Below are positions 30,019-40,654 of a stretch of 64,000 bases of DNA, one piece after another. Positions within the stretch are counted from its first letter, which is position 1, and every line of letters begins with the position of its first letter. The notes below the pieces were generated by a model. That model was not told where the DNA came from, ran no database searches, and saw only the letters and a program-made list of their open reading frames with translations. Location of the stretch: positions 281,743 through 345,742 of the forward strand of contig CAWCHX010000017.1 in assembly GCA_963795445.1 (NCBI GenBank). Reading direction: 5' to 3'. This DNA comes from an uncultured Acidobacteriaceae bacterium (GTDB lineage: Bacteria; Acidobacteriota; Terriglobia; Bryobacterales; Bryobacteraceae). The translations under genes and the position numbers were made by a program.

Positions 30019-30917
30019 GCCTTCCGCTGAACCACGAAATCGGCGATTTGGCGCAAGCGCTCCGCTCGATCGTCCAAAATTCGCAGCGCAACGTGGGCCG
30101 CCATTCGTTCTTCTTCGGCCATTTCGCGCGACCTCTCCAGACCGTACACGGCCGGAAACGTGATCTTCTGCTGGGCCTGATCTTTGCCCGCCGTTTTCCC
30201 TAACGCCGCCGAAGATTCTTCCACGTCAAGCACATCGTCGATGATCTGGAAGGCCAAGCCGACGTGCTCTCCGTATTCCGAAAGGGCAGCGAGTTCTTCG
30301 TCCGTTCCTCCGGCGTAGATCGCGCCCATGCGCACGCTCGCCCGAAGCAGCGCGCCCGTTTTCGCTCGATGGATCGATTCCAGCAACAGCGCCGTGGGGC
30401 GCTTGCGTTCTCCCTCGATGTCATGGACCTGTCCTCCGATCATGCCGCCCACCGTGCCCGCTGCGCGAGAGAGCTCTTCCACTAAACGAATCTTCTGATC
30501 GGAGCTGATAATTCCAATACGGCTGAGCACCTCGAACGCCAGCGTCAATAGCGCATCGCCCGCCAGGATTGCCATGGCCTCGCCGAAAACTTTGTGGCAA
30601 GTCGGCCGGCCGCGGCGCAGGTCGTCATTGTCGAGCGCCGGCAGATCGTCATGGATCAGCGAGTAAGTATGAATCAACTCGAGCGTGGCGGCCGCGTGCT
30701 CCACTCCATCGGGCGCATCGCAAACCGAACGCGCCGCGGCGATCGCCAAAATGGGCCGGATACGTTTCCCGCCTGCGAACAAGCTATAGCGCATGGCGCG
30801 GTGAATGGAAACCGGTTCGACACCCGGGTCTGGAACCCATTCGCCCAACACGCGATCGATAGCTTGCACCTGTTCCGCCACGTACTCCTGCAAGCTGGTC
30901 TGGTCCGCTTTTATCAT
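30015..30917 (-). CDS. ispA: polyprenyl diphosphate synthase (farnesyl/geranylgeranyl diphosphate synthase)
   Basis: 300-aa ORF. First Asp-rich motif LIHDDLPALDNDDLRRG, second FQIIDDVLD. Has 4-nt overlaps with both neighbours. Confidence 0.88.
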   Translation of the reverse strand: MIKADQTSLQEYVAEQVQAIDRVLGEWVPDPGVEPVSIHRAMRYSLFAGGKRIRPILAIAAARSVCDAPDGVEHAAATLELIHTYSLIHDDLPALDNDDLRRGRPTCHKVFGEAMAILAGDALLTLAFEVLSRIGIISSDQKIRLVEELSRAAGTVGGMIGGQVHDIEGERKRPTALLLESIHRAKTGALLRASVRMGAIYAGGTDEELAALSEYGEHVGLAFQIIDDVLDVEESSAALGKTAGKDQAQQKITFPAVYGLERSREMAEEERMAAHVALRILDDRAERLRQIADFVVQRKA

Positions 30918-31207
30918 TTCACTGGCTTATCGGGATCGAACGGAACTGGAACCATTTGCGAACCCTTCTTCATCAGAATTTCCACGCGCGACTCGGCCTC
31001 TTCCAGTTGCCGTTTGCATTCGGCGCTCAGGCGCATCCCGTTCTCGAAAAGCGCGAGGCTTTGTTCCAAGGGCAAATCGCCTTTTTCTAAGTCCTTGACA
31101 ATGCGTTCCAGTTCCTCCAAACTCGCTTCGAACGTTGGCGAAGATGTCTTTTCTTCAGGCACCGCTCCATTGTAGCGGCGGTACGCCCTGGCTACAAAAT
31201 TAGGCAA
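30914..31207 (-). CDS. xseB: exodeoxyribonuclease VII small subunit
   Basis: Contains TFEASLEELERIVKDLEKGDLPLEQSLALFENGMRLSAECKRQLEEAE. It heads the classic xseB-ispA-...-tlyA-nadK arrangement. The start position is uncertain. Confidence 0.8.
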   Translation of the reverse strand: MPNFVARAYRRYNGAVPEEKTSSPTFEASLEELERIVKDLEKGDLPLEQSLALFENGMRLSAECKRQLEEAESRVEILMKKGSQMVPVPFDPDKPVK

Positions 31208-31232
31208 ACTAGATAATTGCGGTTAGGAAACT

Positions 31233-31655
31233 ATGTCATTTGTACAGGAATTCAAGGCCTTCGCAATGCGAGGCAACGTGGTCGACCTCGCCGTCGGCGT
31301 GATTATCGGCGGCGCATTCGGCGGAGTTGTTAGCTCGCTTGTGAACGATATCATCATGCCGCCGTTCGGGAAACTGAGCAGCGGGCAGGATCTCCCCAAT
31401 CACTTCATCGCCCTCGATGGCAATCACTATGCCACGCTAGCCGCTGCCAAGGCGAAAACGGCCGTGATCGCTTACGGCAATTTCCTTAACACTATCGTGA
31501 CTTTCCTGATTGTCGCGTTCACCATTTTTCTTTTGGTCAGGTTAATCAACAAACTGCATCACCCTCCGCCTCCGCCACCACCGCCCGGTCCAACGCCGGA
31601 GGAGAAGCTATTGACGGAAATCCGAGATTTATTGGCGAAGCCCAAGACAACCTAA
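31233..31655 (+). CDS. mscL: large-conductance mechanosensitive channel MscL
   Basis: 140-aa ORF. It reads [34 protein letters not shown], has a second TM, a proline run ([12 protein letters not shown]) and a C-terminal helix. Confidence 0.9.
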   Translation: MSFVQEFKAFAMRGNVVDLAVGVIIGGAFGGVVSSLVNDIIMPPFGKLSSGQDLPNHFIALDGNHYATLAAAKAKTAVIAYGNFLNTIVTFLIVAFTIFLLVRLINKLHHPPPPPPPPGPTPEEKLLTEIRDLLAKPKTT

Positions 31656-31757
31656 TCTAGGCCGTGCTAGATTGTAGAGCGACGTATGCGAACTGATAAT
31701 CCGGAAGTGCTTTGCCTGGCGCGTTGGACGCAAGTCCCGCGTGCCAAGCTCAATTAA

Positions 31758-33533
31758 TTACGGCAACACTGCGCGGATACTCCGTCGAAACGTGCCGCCC
31801 GCATAAGTCCCGCTGTATTTCTCAATCACCATCGCTCCGGGCGTGCCTGCATTCAAAGGAAAGTTCACCGGCGTAATCGTATAACCGCCGGGACCCAGAG
31901 TTCCTACGACTGCGGAAGCGTCCCTTGTGGAAGCGTGCTGCCGATAGCAGCGCCTAGTGTGGCTGCGGTCAACTGCACGCCCTGCGCGGTACCGGTTCCG
32001 TTGTTGGCGATCTTCAACGGTAGCCTGATAACTGCCGTCGCCGAGCTTGCTGCAAGGTCGCTGTGGTGAACAGCTGAATCGTGCCCGGCGATTGTCTGCG
32101 GCAGGCAGGGTGATGGTAGTCAGCGATCGCGGCGGCAAATTCACCGACAAATCCTGTCCGTGCAATATCGCCGTATCCGTCTCCGGATGGATTATTGGTG
32201 TCGGTGAGATAGGTCTGAACCAGGGAGTTGGCGGTGCCCTGATCCACTGCTGAAACCAGTTTGGATGGCCGTAGTAGCGCTATTCAATATGCTGAAGATT
32301 TTGCTGCCATCGGTATTGCGAAAGCGCCACAACATTCAGATTGGAGTTGCTGGTATTGGCGGCCTACCCGATAGGCCCCAGGCCGCACAAACCGGCTGAA
32401 CGGCGCGATGGCATAGAAACGTTTCGCAACCGTGTAAGTCCCGCCTGACGTTTCAATCAATGCAGCCGGCCCATTAGCAGTCCCCCACCAATAGATGTAG
32501 GCGTTCACGTTTCCTCGATTAAATGCCTGGGTAATGTCGTTCGCCAGGTACATCCCGTCTGGACCGCCAGAGCAGCCGCCGCAATCCCAGAGAGCGTTAA
32601 ACGTGCCATTGCCACTGCTCCACTCCGTCATCCATACCGTCCCGCTTGATCGGTAGCGGCGTGGTCGCATGTGCGCCGTACTCATGTGAAGTGTAGATGT
32701 CGACGTACGAAGCTGCTACTGGATCGGCCGTCGATCGCCTGTGTAAAACTGGTCGACACGGACCATTTGGAACCATCGCAGCAGAACGTGGAGAGCGGCA
32801 AACCGGATGAGTGGACCGCCGGCCCGAACACCTTGAGAAAATCAACCGCTTGATCGGGCGAGAATACCATCGAGGCATAGGGGACGTTATAGATCTGGCT
32901 CATTGATGAAGCCAAGCGCGCTGATCGGCACTCCCACTTGCCGATAGAACTTGACGTACTGTATCAGGTAATTGGCATACGCTTGCCGCCAGTCGCCAGC
33001 TGGCGCAGCTCGTACCCACGACGCCGCACAAATTGCCACCGTTAATGGGGCTGCTATTGGTCTTCATATATCCCGGCGCGCTCCAGGAGTCGGCGAAGAA
33101 TTTGGTGAGCCCGTACTTCTGACCTTCTTGCGCAAGCCACACCTGCCCGCCATCTGAACCGTCGAATACGTAAATAGGCGTCCCGTCGGGCGTACCCGGA
33201 CTGGTTGGCTCGATATTGGAATCGGTATTGATACCTAGCCTCAGCATGCTGAACCCCGCTCCGCTCTGCCGGTTGAACAGCAGGTCGAGAATTTGACTCT
33301 GTTGTGTCGCTGACAAGCTCTTCAAGAGCGTTGGCTTTGTCCAAATGCATCGGAGAAGCCAAACCCGTCGATCCGCGTTAGGCTCGTACTGAAATCCACG
33401 CTGTCCGTAGCCTGAGCGCGCGCCGCCGGCGGAGTCATCACCGGTACAGCCGCGAGCATGAGAACTCCGGCAGTGACGATACGAGTAAAAAATTGGCAGA
33501 AGCGCCGCTGACGGCCTTGAGTTAAGCCTTCAT
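31758..33533 (-). pseudogene. glycoside hydrolase family 30-like secreted enzyme, heavily frameshifted (>=8 breaks)
   Basis: Fragments across three frames read in order. They are a signal peptide (...VLMLAAVPVMTPPAARA), IDGFGFSDAFGQ, ...FSMLRLGIN...SWSAPGYMK, ...ALGFINEPD (acid/base Glu), ...YTSHEYG, VWMTEWSS (nucleophile Glu)...YIYWWG, ...NVVAFRNTDGS, and a C-terminal beta-rich domain. Confidence 0.7.
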
Positions 33534-33547
33534 GGGCTTTTCTCCTC

Positions 33548-34018
33548 TTAGTCGCGGCGCCGCCGTCGGCGGCGGATCGCCCCCAGCACGAGAACCAGAC
33601 CCGTGCCCAGCAGCAGAGTGCCGCTCGGCTCCGGCACGTTTACGTCATATGGCAAGGCTGCTAATAAGCCCTGAGCGCTCATGTCGGCGCCTCCGGCTAT
33701 ATCGAAGAAGCCGAAGTAATCGCCCATCGGTGTGCTGGAAGGCACAGTGATGTCGAAGAACACATCGAAAAAGCTGTTCCCCGGATTAATGATGTAGTTA
33801 CCCAGCAGGAAATTATTTTGGAACGGTGTATCGTCCCCGCTAAGCGGAGAAGCGACGGTAAGCGTGTCCCCATTGAGGTATATGGGCGCGCTATTCGTCA
33901 GCGGAGCAGAAATGCTACCGGAGAAAGCTACCGTGCTGCCCGGACTCGCATCGATGTGCAAGGGTTGCAGCGTGATCGTAAGCGAGTCCGCTCGCAGCCG
34001 CGGGTGCTGCAGCAGCAA
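33548..34018 (-). CDS. PEP-CTERM sorting-domain protein; N-terminus unresolved
   Basis: The C-terminus NVPEPSGTLLLGTGLVLVLGAIRRRRRRRD* is a canonical PEP-CTERM anchor. No signal peptide is present in this frame. An upstream overlapping frame (33915-34115) suggests a break near 34020. Confidence 0.6.
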   Translation of the reverse strand: MLLQHPRLRADSLTITLQPLHIDASPGSTVAFSGSISAPLTNSAPIYLNGDTLTVASPLSGDDTPFQNNFLLGNYIINPGNSFFDVFFDITVPSSTPMGDYFGFFDIAGGADMSAQGLLAALPYDVNVPEPSGTLLLGTGLVLVLGAIRRRRRRRD

Positions 34019-34282
34019 CAGGACCCGCCGTCGCTATGCAGCGCGGAGTTAAGTTTAGTTCGAGTCGACAACAAACTACTTGTATATCAACATAGTGCTT
34101 GTCAAGCAAATTCACCCTACCCCTCCTAGGCCACTTCCGCAGCCTGCATTTCTGCTCTAAACTGGAAGTATGGCGATCCCAGCCAGCACCCGCCCCTCGC
34201 TCTTCGGCTCAGACTAGCTCCGCTTTCCGCGCGGCCCTCTCTCCCATCTGGTTCTTCCGTAATTCAAAATTGAGGTGTTTTT

Positions 34283-35617
34283 ATGGTGCAGACTGCGGCA
34301 CATCCATTGCTGCCGAATCTGGTGACGTCGCTGCCCGGGCCCAAGGCGCGCCAGATCATCGAGCGCGATCAGGCTGTCTTATCCCCTTCCTACACGCGCT
34401 GTTATCCGCTCGTGATCGAGCGTGGCGAGGGCGCCATGGTCGAAGACGTGGACGGAAATCGCTTTCTGGATTTCAATGCCGGTATCGCGGTGGTCGCGAC
34501 CGGTCATTCGCATCCACGCGTAGTCAGCGCGATTCAGACGCAGGCCGCCCAGTTCCTGCACATGTCCGGAACCGATTTTTATTACAAAGGCATGGTAGAG
34601 CTTGCTGAGAAGCTTGCCAAGCTGGCGCCCGGCGAATTCCCCAAGCGCGTCTACTTCGGCAACTCGGGTTCGGAAGCCATCGAAGCCGCCATCAAAATGG
34701 CCCGCTATCACACGGGCCGCGATAAATTCATCGCCTTTTTCGGCGGTTTTCACGGCCGCACCATGGGCGCGCTCTCGCTTACCGGCAGCAAAGTCGTCCA
34801 GCGCCGCGGCTTTCATCCTTCGCTGCCCGTCTATCACATCCCGTACCCGAATCTTTACCGCTCACACGATCCCTCCACTTGCGTTCGCGATTGCATCCGT
34901 GAACTCGAGGATCGCCTCTTCAAAACCATTCTGCCGCCTGAAGAAGTGGCCGCCATCGTGGTCGAACCCATTCAAGGCGAAGGTGGCTATCTGGTGCCTC
35001 CGGCCGAGTTTCACCAGGAACTTCGCCGCATCGCCGACAAATACGGCATTTTGCTGATCCATGATGAGATTCAATCCGGCATGGGGCGCACCGGCCGCAT
35101 GTTTGCCTCGGAGCACTTCGGCGTCACGCCTGACATCGTTACTCTCGCGAAAGGGATCGCCAGCGGTATGCCGCTTTCCGCCACCGTCGCGCGTGCTGAA
35201 GTAATGAACTGGGGCCCGGGCGCGCACGCTTCCACCTTCGGCGGCAATCCCGTATCCATCGCGGCCGCCCTCGCCACCATCGACTTACTCGAAGAGAGCC
35301 TGATCTCAAACGCCGCCCGCATCGGCGCATACATGCTGGATCGCATGCGCGAGTGGCCGCGCCGCTTCAAATATGTAGGCGATGTGCGCGGGCTCGGTTT
35401 GATGATCGGTATCGAAATGGTTCGTGACCGGCAAACGAAGGAACCTGCTCACGACCTTCGTGACCGCCTGGAGATGCTCGCCTTTGAGCGTGGATTGCTG
35501 ATTCTGGGCTGTGGCCCCAGCAGCATCCGCCTATGCCCGCCGCTCGTGATCACGCGCGATCAGGCGGACTTCGCAATCGCTACACTGGAGCAGTGTCTGC
35601 GGGCTCTGGAACAATAA
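34283..35617 (+). CDS. class III PLP aminotransferase (4-aminobutyrate / acetylornithine aminotransferase-like)
   Basis: 444-aa intact ORF. Motifs are GIAVVATGHSHP, NSGSEA.EAAIK.AR, DEIQSGMGRTG, and the PLP Lys in TLAKGIASG. Confidence 0.85.
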   Translation: MVQTAAHPLLPNLVTSLPGPKARQIIERDQAVLSPSYTRCYPLVIERGEGAMVEDVDGNRFLDFNAGIAVVATGHSHPRVVSAIQTQAAQFLHMSGTDFYYKGMVELAEKLAKLAPGEFPKRVYFGNSGSEAIEAAIKMARYHTGRDKFIAFFGGFHGRTMGALSLTGSKVVQRRGFHPSLPVYHIPYPNLYRSHDPSTCVRDCIRELEDRLFKTILPPEEVAAIVVEPIQGEGGYLVPPAEFHQELRRIADKYGILLIHDEIQSGMGRTGRMFASEHFGVTPDIVTLAKGIASGMPLSATVARAEVMNWGPGAHASTFGGNPVSIAAALATIDLLEESLISNAARIGAYMLDRMREWPRRFKYVGDVRGLGLMIGIEMVRDRQTKEPAHDLRDRLEMLAFERGLLILGCGPSSIRLCPPLVITRDQADFAIATLEQCLRALEQ

Positions 35618-36222
35618 ACGCGGCTGTAGAACCATCGGTCTCCGCGCCCCGCATCAGACACCAGCTTCCGGTTCTGGATGTCGGTTGCGGGATCAACAAA
35701 TATCCCGGCGCAATCGGTGTCGATCGCAATCCCAATACGCGCGCCGATGTGATCGCCGATCTCGATCGCTTTCCTTTTCCGTTTAGCGATGGCGCCTTCC
35801 GCGAAATTCGCGCCATTCACGTCATCGAGCATGTCGCCGATGTGGTCCGCGCCATGGAAGAGTTCCACCGGCTCCTGGCCCCGGGCGGCGAGATCATAAT
35901 TGTCACGCCTCACTACACGGATTTCAGCTCGTTTTGCGATCCCACTCACCGCTGGCATCTCAATAGCTTTTCGCTGCGCCATTTCGGCGAAGATCACGGC
36001 GGCTTCGGGTATTACTCGAGCGCGCGTTTTCGTGAGATTTCGACTCACGTGCGGTTACTTGCTTTGTGGAGATATCTAGGCTTTGAATTCCTGGTCAACG
36101 CATCGCGGCGCTTCCGCCGTTTCTGGGAGTTTTACCTTTGCTACCTGATCCGGGGCAAGGTGATCGAGTGGCGTCTGGAAGCCCTCGAAAACTCCATCGC
36201 GGTATCTCGCCCCGCCAATTGA
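35533..36222 (+). CDS. class I SAM-dependent methyltransferase (Methyltransf_11-like)
   Basis: Motif I VLDVGCG, then acidic DLDRFPFP and IHVIEHV...LLAPGG. The start is uncertain. The ATG at 35533 overlaps the aminotransferase by 85 nt, and a GTG near 35591 is an alternative. Confidence 0.65.
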   Translation: MPAARDHARSGGLRNRYTGAVSAGSGTINAAVEPSVSAPRIRHQLPVLDVGCGINKYPGAIGVDRNPNTRADVIADLDRFPFPFSDGAFREIRAIHVIEHVADVVRAMEEFHRLLAPGGEIIIVTPHYTDFSSFCDPTHRWHLNSFSLRHFGEDHGGFGYYSSARFREISTHVRLLALWRYLGFEFLVNASRRFRRFWEFYLCYLIRGKVIEWRLEALENSIAVSRPAN

Positions 36223-36269
36223 TCTGGAAATTAAGTGACAAGGCGAGGCAATTCCGGCAGCGGCAAACG

Positions 36270-36644
36270 ATGCCGCCCGACGCCGCTCTCGGTAGACGCG
36301 GAGAAGATCTCGCTCACCGTTACCTGCGAAATTCCGGGCTAACCATTCTCGCCCGGAATTATCGGCCTGGCAGCGGCGACTCGGAGATCGATATCGTGGC
36401 GCGCGATCGCGAAATCGTCGTCTTTGTCGAGGTGAAATCGCGCACCTCAGCCGAGTTCGGCAGCCCGGAACGCGCCATCGATCGTGACAAGCAGAAACAC
36501 ATCGTCCGCGCCGCGCGCGCTTACGCCACCCGTGCAGGCATCGAGTGGAACCAGGTCCGTTTCGACACCATCTCCATCGTTTTTAGCGATCCGCCGGCGA
36601 TCCTTCACCAGCAAGACGCCTTCTTCGAAGGCCGCGCAGCCTGA
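36270..36644 (+). CDS. yraN: YraN-family (UPF0102) endonuclease-like protein
   Basis: Reads GRRGEDLAHRYLRNSGLTILARNYR...EIDIVARDREIVVFVEVKSR...RFD. Start placed at the ATG at 36270 (MPPDAALGRRGE). Confidence 0.8.
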   Translation: MPPDAALGRRGEDLAHRYLRNSGLTILARNYRPGSGDSEIDIVARDREIVVFVEVKSRTSAEFGSPERAIDRDKQKHIVRAARAYATRAGIEWNQVRFDTISIVFSDPPAILHQQDAFFEGRAA

Positions 36645-36673
36645 ATCCAAGTCCGGCAAGTAACCCGCCGCCC

Positions 36674-37160
36674 AGCCTTTTCTTCTCTGGCCGCAGCCGA
36701 GAGGCCATCACGCTCCTGAAGCAGTTGGAACTCACCGATCCGGCATTCCTCTCGAGCCACGCTTACCTCGCAAGAATTTATCTGGATGGCAACAACTACG
36801 GAGGGTTATTTGTCCGAGTCCCGGGCGGCAGCCGTGTTATCCCATCGCCCCGAGGCGCTCGAAATTGTTAAAGCTAGCGAGAGGGGATGGACTCGGGGCG
36901 GCAGTACAGCCATGCTCGAAAACATGTTGCAGACCCAGAGTAAGCTCTACGCCCAGGGCCGCGTGCCTGCTTATGACGTGGCGGCCACTTCCGCGCTACT
37001 GGGTAGAAGGCAAGCTGCTCTTGAATATCTACAGCGGGCCTACGATCGCCACGAATCGGCGCTCCTCGATCTCAGAATCGACCCCAGATTTCGCAATCTT
37101 CATAACGAGCCTGCTTACTTGGAACTGCTGAAGCGAATTGGACTGCCGCCCTTAAGCTGA
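36674..37160 (+). pseudogene. 3' remnant of a TPR-repeat protein (no start, one frame break near 36785)
   Basis: Frame 2 reads ...FFSGRSREAITLLKQLELTDPAFLSSHAYLARIYLDGNNY. The reading then continues in frame 0 to ...[47 protein letters not shown], the typical tail of acidobacterial TPR/kinase proteins. It begins directly after yraN without an N-terminal part. Confidence 0.55.
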
Positions 37161-37210
37161 ATTTGCTCGCGTTCCTACGCTACGATACTAGCGGCGACAG
37201 ACTCGCGGCC

Positions 37211-38803
<1,593 letters not shown>

Positions 38804-38846
38804 TTTCCATACATATATATAGGTGCGTCGCACCTTGCGAGGACAA

Positions 38847-39161
38847 ATGAAGAACAATTCGAATAACGGCTTGATTGGCGCCGCGTTAATAGGACTCGGC
38901 TGCGGATTGACGGCGGTGGGAATCGCCCTGGTTATCCCGGCCTGCACAAACTGGTCGCTCGGCCTGATGGAACAAGCCATTAAAAAGGGACGGGAAGGCC
39001 TCAGTTCCGGCGTCGAGACCGCAGCCTCGCTGGCTGGACAAATCAGCGGAATGGCGCATCGGAAATTCGGCGACGCTTCGAAGTCCGCCAGAGAGAAGAC
39101 GGCGCAAGCCGCCGGTGCAGTCGAGACCGCTGCTCGCCGCGTTCGCGAACACGCGTCGTAA
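38847..39161 (+). CDS. hypothetical small membrane protein
   Basis: About 104 aa from the ATG at 38847 (MKNNSNNGLIGAALIGLGCGLTAVGIALVIPA...). One clear TM helix followed by an Ala/Lys-rich tail. No family recognised. Confidence 0.4.
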   Translation: MKNNSNNGLIGAALIGLGCGLTAVGIALVIPACTNWSLGLMEQAIKKGREGLSSGVETAASLAGQISGMAHRKFGDASKSAREKTAQAAGAVETAARRVREHAS

Positions 39162-39168
39162 GCCTCCG

Positions 39169-39606
39169 TTAGGTCGGCACACCGCTGGGTCCAAGCGCCT
39201 CGAGCAGCTCGTTATGCGACAAAAGAGTCGCAATGGCACCGTCCATCACAGCGACCATGCTTTGGGCGCCCAGCCACCTTCCTGGTTTCCAAAGGAGAAG
39301 CGCCGCAGCCCCTAATTTCACCAGGCCCAGCGTGATTCGGATCCAATCCGGATATCCCCAGCCGCGGAAATCTTCAGTGACCACTTAATCTCCAAAGACT
39401 TTCAGTGAGCCGGATGCGGCAAAATTGTAGACCAGCAGCGCTACGACAACTTTGCGCAGAACCTGCTTCCACAGCGAAGACCGTCTGATGATGCTATGTC
39501 TCGAGATTGCGACTCTATGGCTTGGTCGAATGCGTACGCGGAACATGCTTGTCACCGGATGCGTCTCGGCCATCCGGGGCACGACCAAGTCCTTGCAAAA
39601 TCCCAC
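39169..39606 (-). pseudogene. DoxX-family membrane protein interrupted by an in-frame TAA (39385-39387)
   Basis: ...VVVALLVYNFAASGSLKVFGD*VVTEDFRGWGYPDWIRITLGLVKLGAAALLLWKP...GAIATLLSHNE follows the DoxX pattern (G..K..G......F...GYP.W......G..E..GA..LL) across the stop codon. Confidence 0.6.
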
Positions 39607-39967
39607 AGTGCACCGCCGATCTTCCGCTGCTGCATTTGTCCCGCAGCACCCTAAGCTGGCCCTCCAGGCTTTGCAGCTCCGCGATCCGCTCTTCCACGTG
39701 ACCGATATGGGTTTCCAAAAGCGCGTTCACCTCACCACAGTTCTCGTCCGGTGCGGACCGAAATCTGAGCAAAATCCTGATTTCGTTCAACGCCATGTCT
39801 AAGGAACGGCAATGGCGAATGAACGATAGCAGTTCGGCGTGCTCCTGCCCATAGCGTCGAAAGTTCCCGCTCGTCCGGCCTGGTTTTGGCAGCAATCCTT
39901 CACGCTCGTAATACCGAATAGTCTCGATTCCGCATCCCGTGCTCCGTGCAAGTTCGCCTATTGTCAT
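39515..39967 (-). CDS. MerR-family heavy-metal-responsive regulator (CadR/PbrR/ZntR-like)
   Basis: MTIGELARSTGCGIETIRYYEREGLLPKPGRTSGNFRRY (MerR HTH). It also has FIRHCRSLDM (Cys79-equivalent), a dimerisation helix, and a C-terminal CSSGRSAVHCGIL metal loop. Divergent from a 19-bp-spacer promoter. Confidence 0.85.
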   Translation of the reverse strand: MTIGELARSTGCGIETIRYYEREGLLPKPGRTSGNFRRYGQEHAELLSFIRHCRSLDMALNEIRILLRFRSAPDENCGEVNALLETHIGHVEERIAELQSLEGQLRVLRDKCSSGRSAVHCGILQGLGRAPDGRDASGDKHVPRTHSTKP

Positions 39968-39995
39968 TTGTTCAGGACTTCCATTTTTTTTTTGC

Positions 39996-40026
39996 TTGAC
40001 TCTGTAGTTGCTACAGGGTGTTAACT
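39996..40026 (+). promoter_or_regulatory. MerR-type promoter/operator: TTGACT - 19 nt (dyad CTGTAG-TTG-CTACAG) - TTAACT
   Basis: -35 at 39996-40001 and -10 at 40021-40026. The 19-nt spacer contains a perfect 6+6 inverted repeat. The sequence TTGACTCTGTAGTTGCTACAGGGTGTTAACT closely resembles published PbrR/CadR/ZntR-controlled promoters as I recall them. It lies 29 nt upstream of the divergent merR-like start, and a T10 tract sits at 39984-39993. Confidence 0.75.
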
Positions 40027-40234
40027 CATTAATAGCAGTGTTGGAGAGAGACTGTGACCTCGAAGCGTCCCTTCGGCTATCGGCAAAGACGGCTACCCTG
40101 CCGCTGTTGGCGCGGCGAGCCGTCGCAGAGATTTTGGCAACCGATCTGTTGCAGTGACAGCAATCGGTAAGGTCTTGCCCGAGCCCCCGGTCGGGCTTCA
40201 CTTTGCCGCGACCCGTTTTCTTCAGGAGGATCGA

Positions 40235-40654
40235 ATGAAAAAAGACATGAGAATTGCCGCGTTGCCCATCGCTCTGTTGAGTATCGTCGGTGGCATCGCG
40301 GGCATCGCTTCCCCCGATGTCGGGATGATGCTTCGCCGATCGTACTTCGCGACGCCCGCCCTATTCTATGCGGTCGTCGCTGTTCGCTCCGCCATGGGGC
40401 TCGGGCTAATCCTGGCTGCCTCGAGCTCTCGCTGGCCCAGGACTCTGCGCGCCTTGGGAGCCGTGGTGTGCCTGCAAGGACTTTCGGCGACGCTTCTCGG
40501 ACTGGATCACGCGCGAGCGATCATGGAATGGGAGGGCATGCAGGGTTCCGCGCTCCTTCACGCCGGGGCCGCGGTGGCCTTAGCCAGCGGGGGCTTCATA
40601 GTGTTTGCAGTTACACAGGGGCCGTCCGAGGAGCAGAGGAAAACAGCTCACTAG
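40235..40654 (+). CDS. hypothetical four-helix membrane protein (probable target of the MerR-type promoter)
   Basis: The ATG at 40235 is preceded by AGGAGGA. The 139-aa product has four hydrophobic segments (IAALPIALLSIVGGIAGIA, ALFYAVVAVRSAMGLGLILAA, LGAVVCLQGLSATLLGL, LLHAGAAVALASGGFIVFAV). No transporter family recognised. Confidence 0.55.
   Translation: MKKDMRIAALPIALLSIVGGIAGIASPDVGMMLRRSYFATPALFYAVVAVRSAMGLGLILAASSSRWPRTLRALGAVVCLQGLSATLLGLDHARAIMEWEGMQGSALLHAGAAVALASGGFIVFAVTQGPSEEQRKTAH

Noticed and set aside
39385-39387. Stop-codon recoding (selenocysteine or pyrrolysine) in the DoxX-like gene
   Set aside because: The in-frame stop is TAA, not TGA or TAG. No SECIS-like hairpin is apparent, and DoxX proteins are not known selenoproteins. 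A nonsense mutation is the simpler reading.
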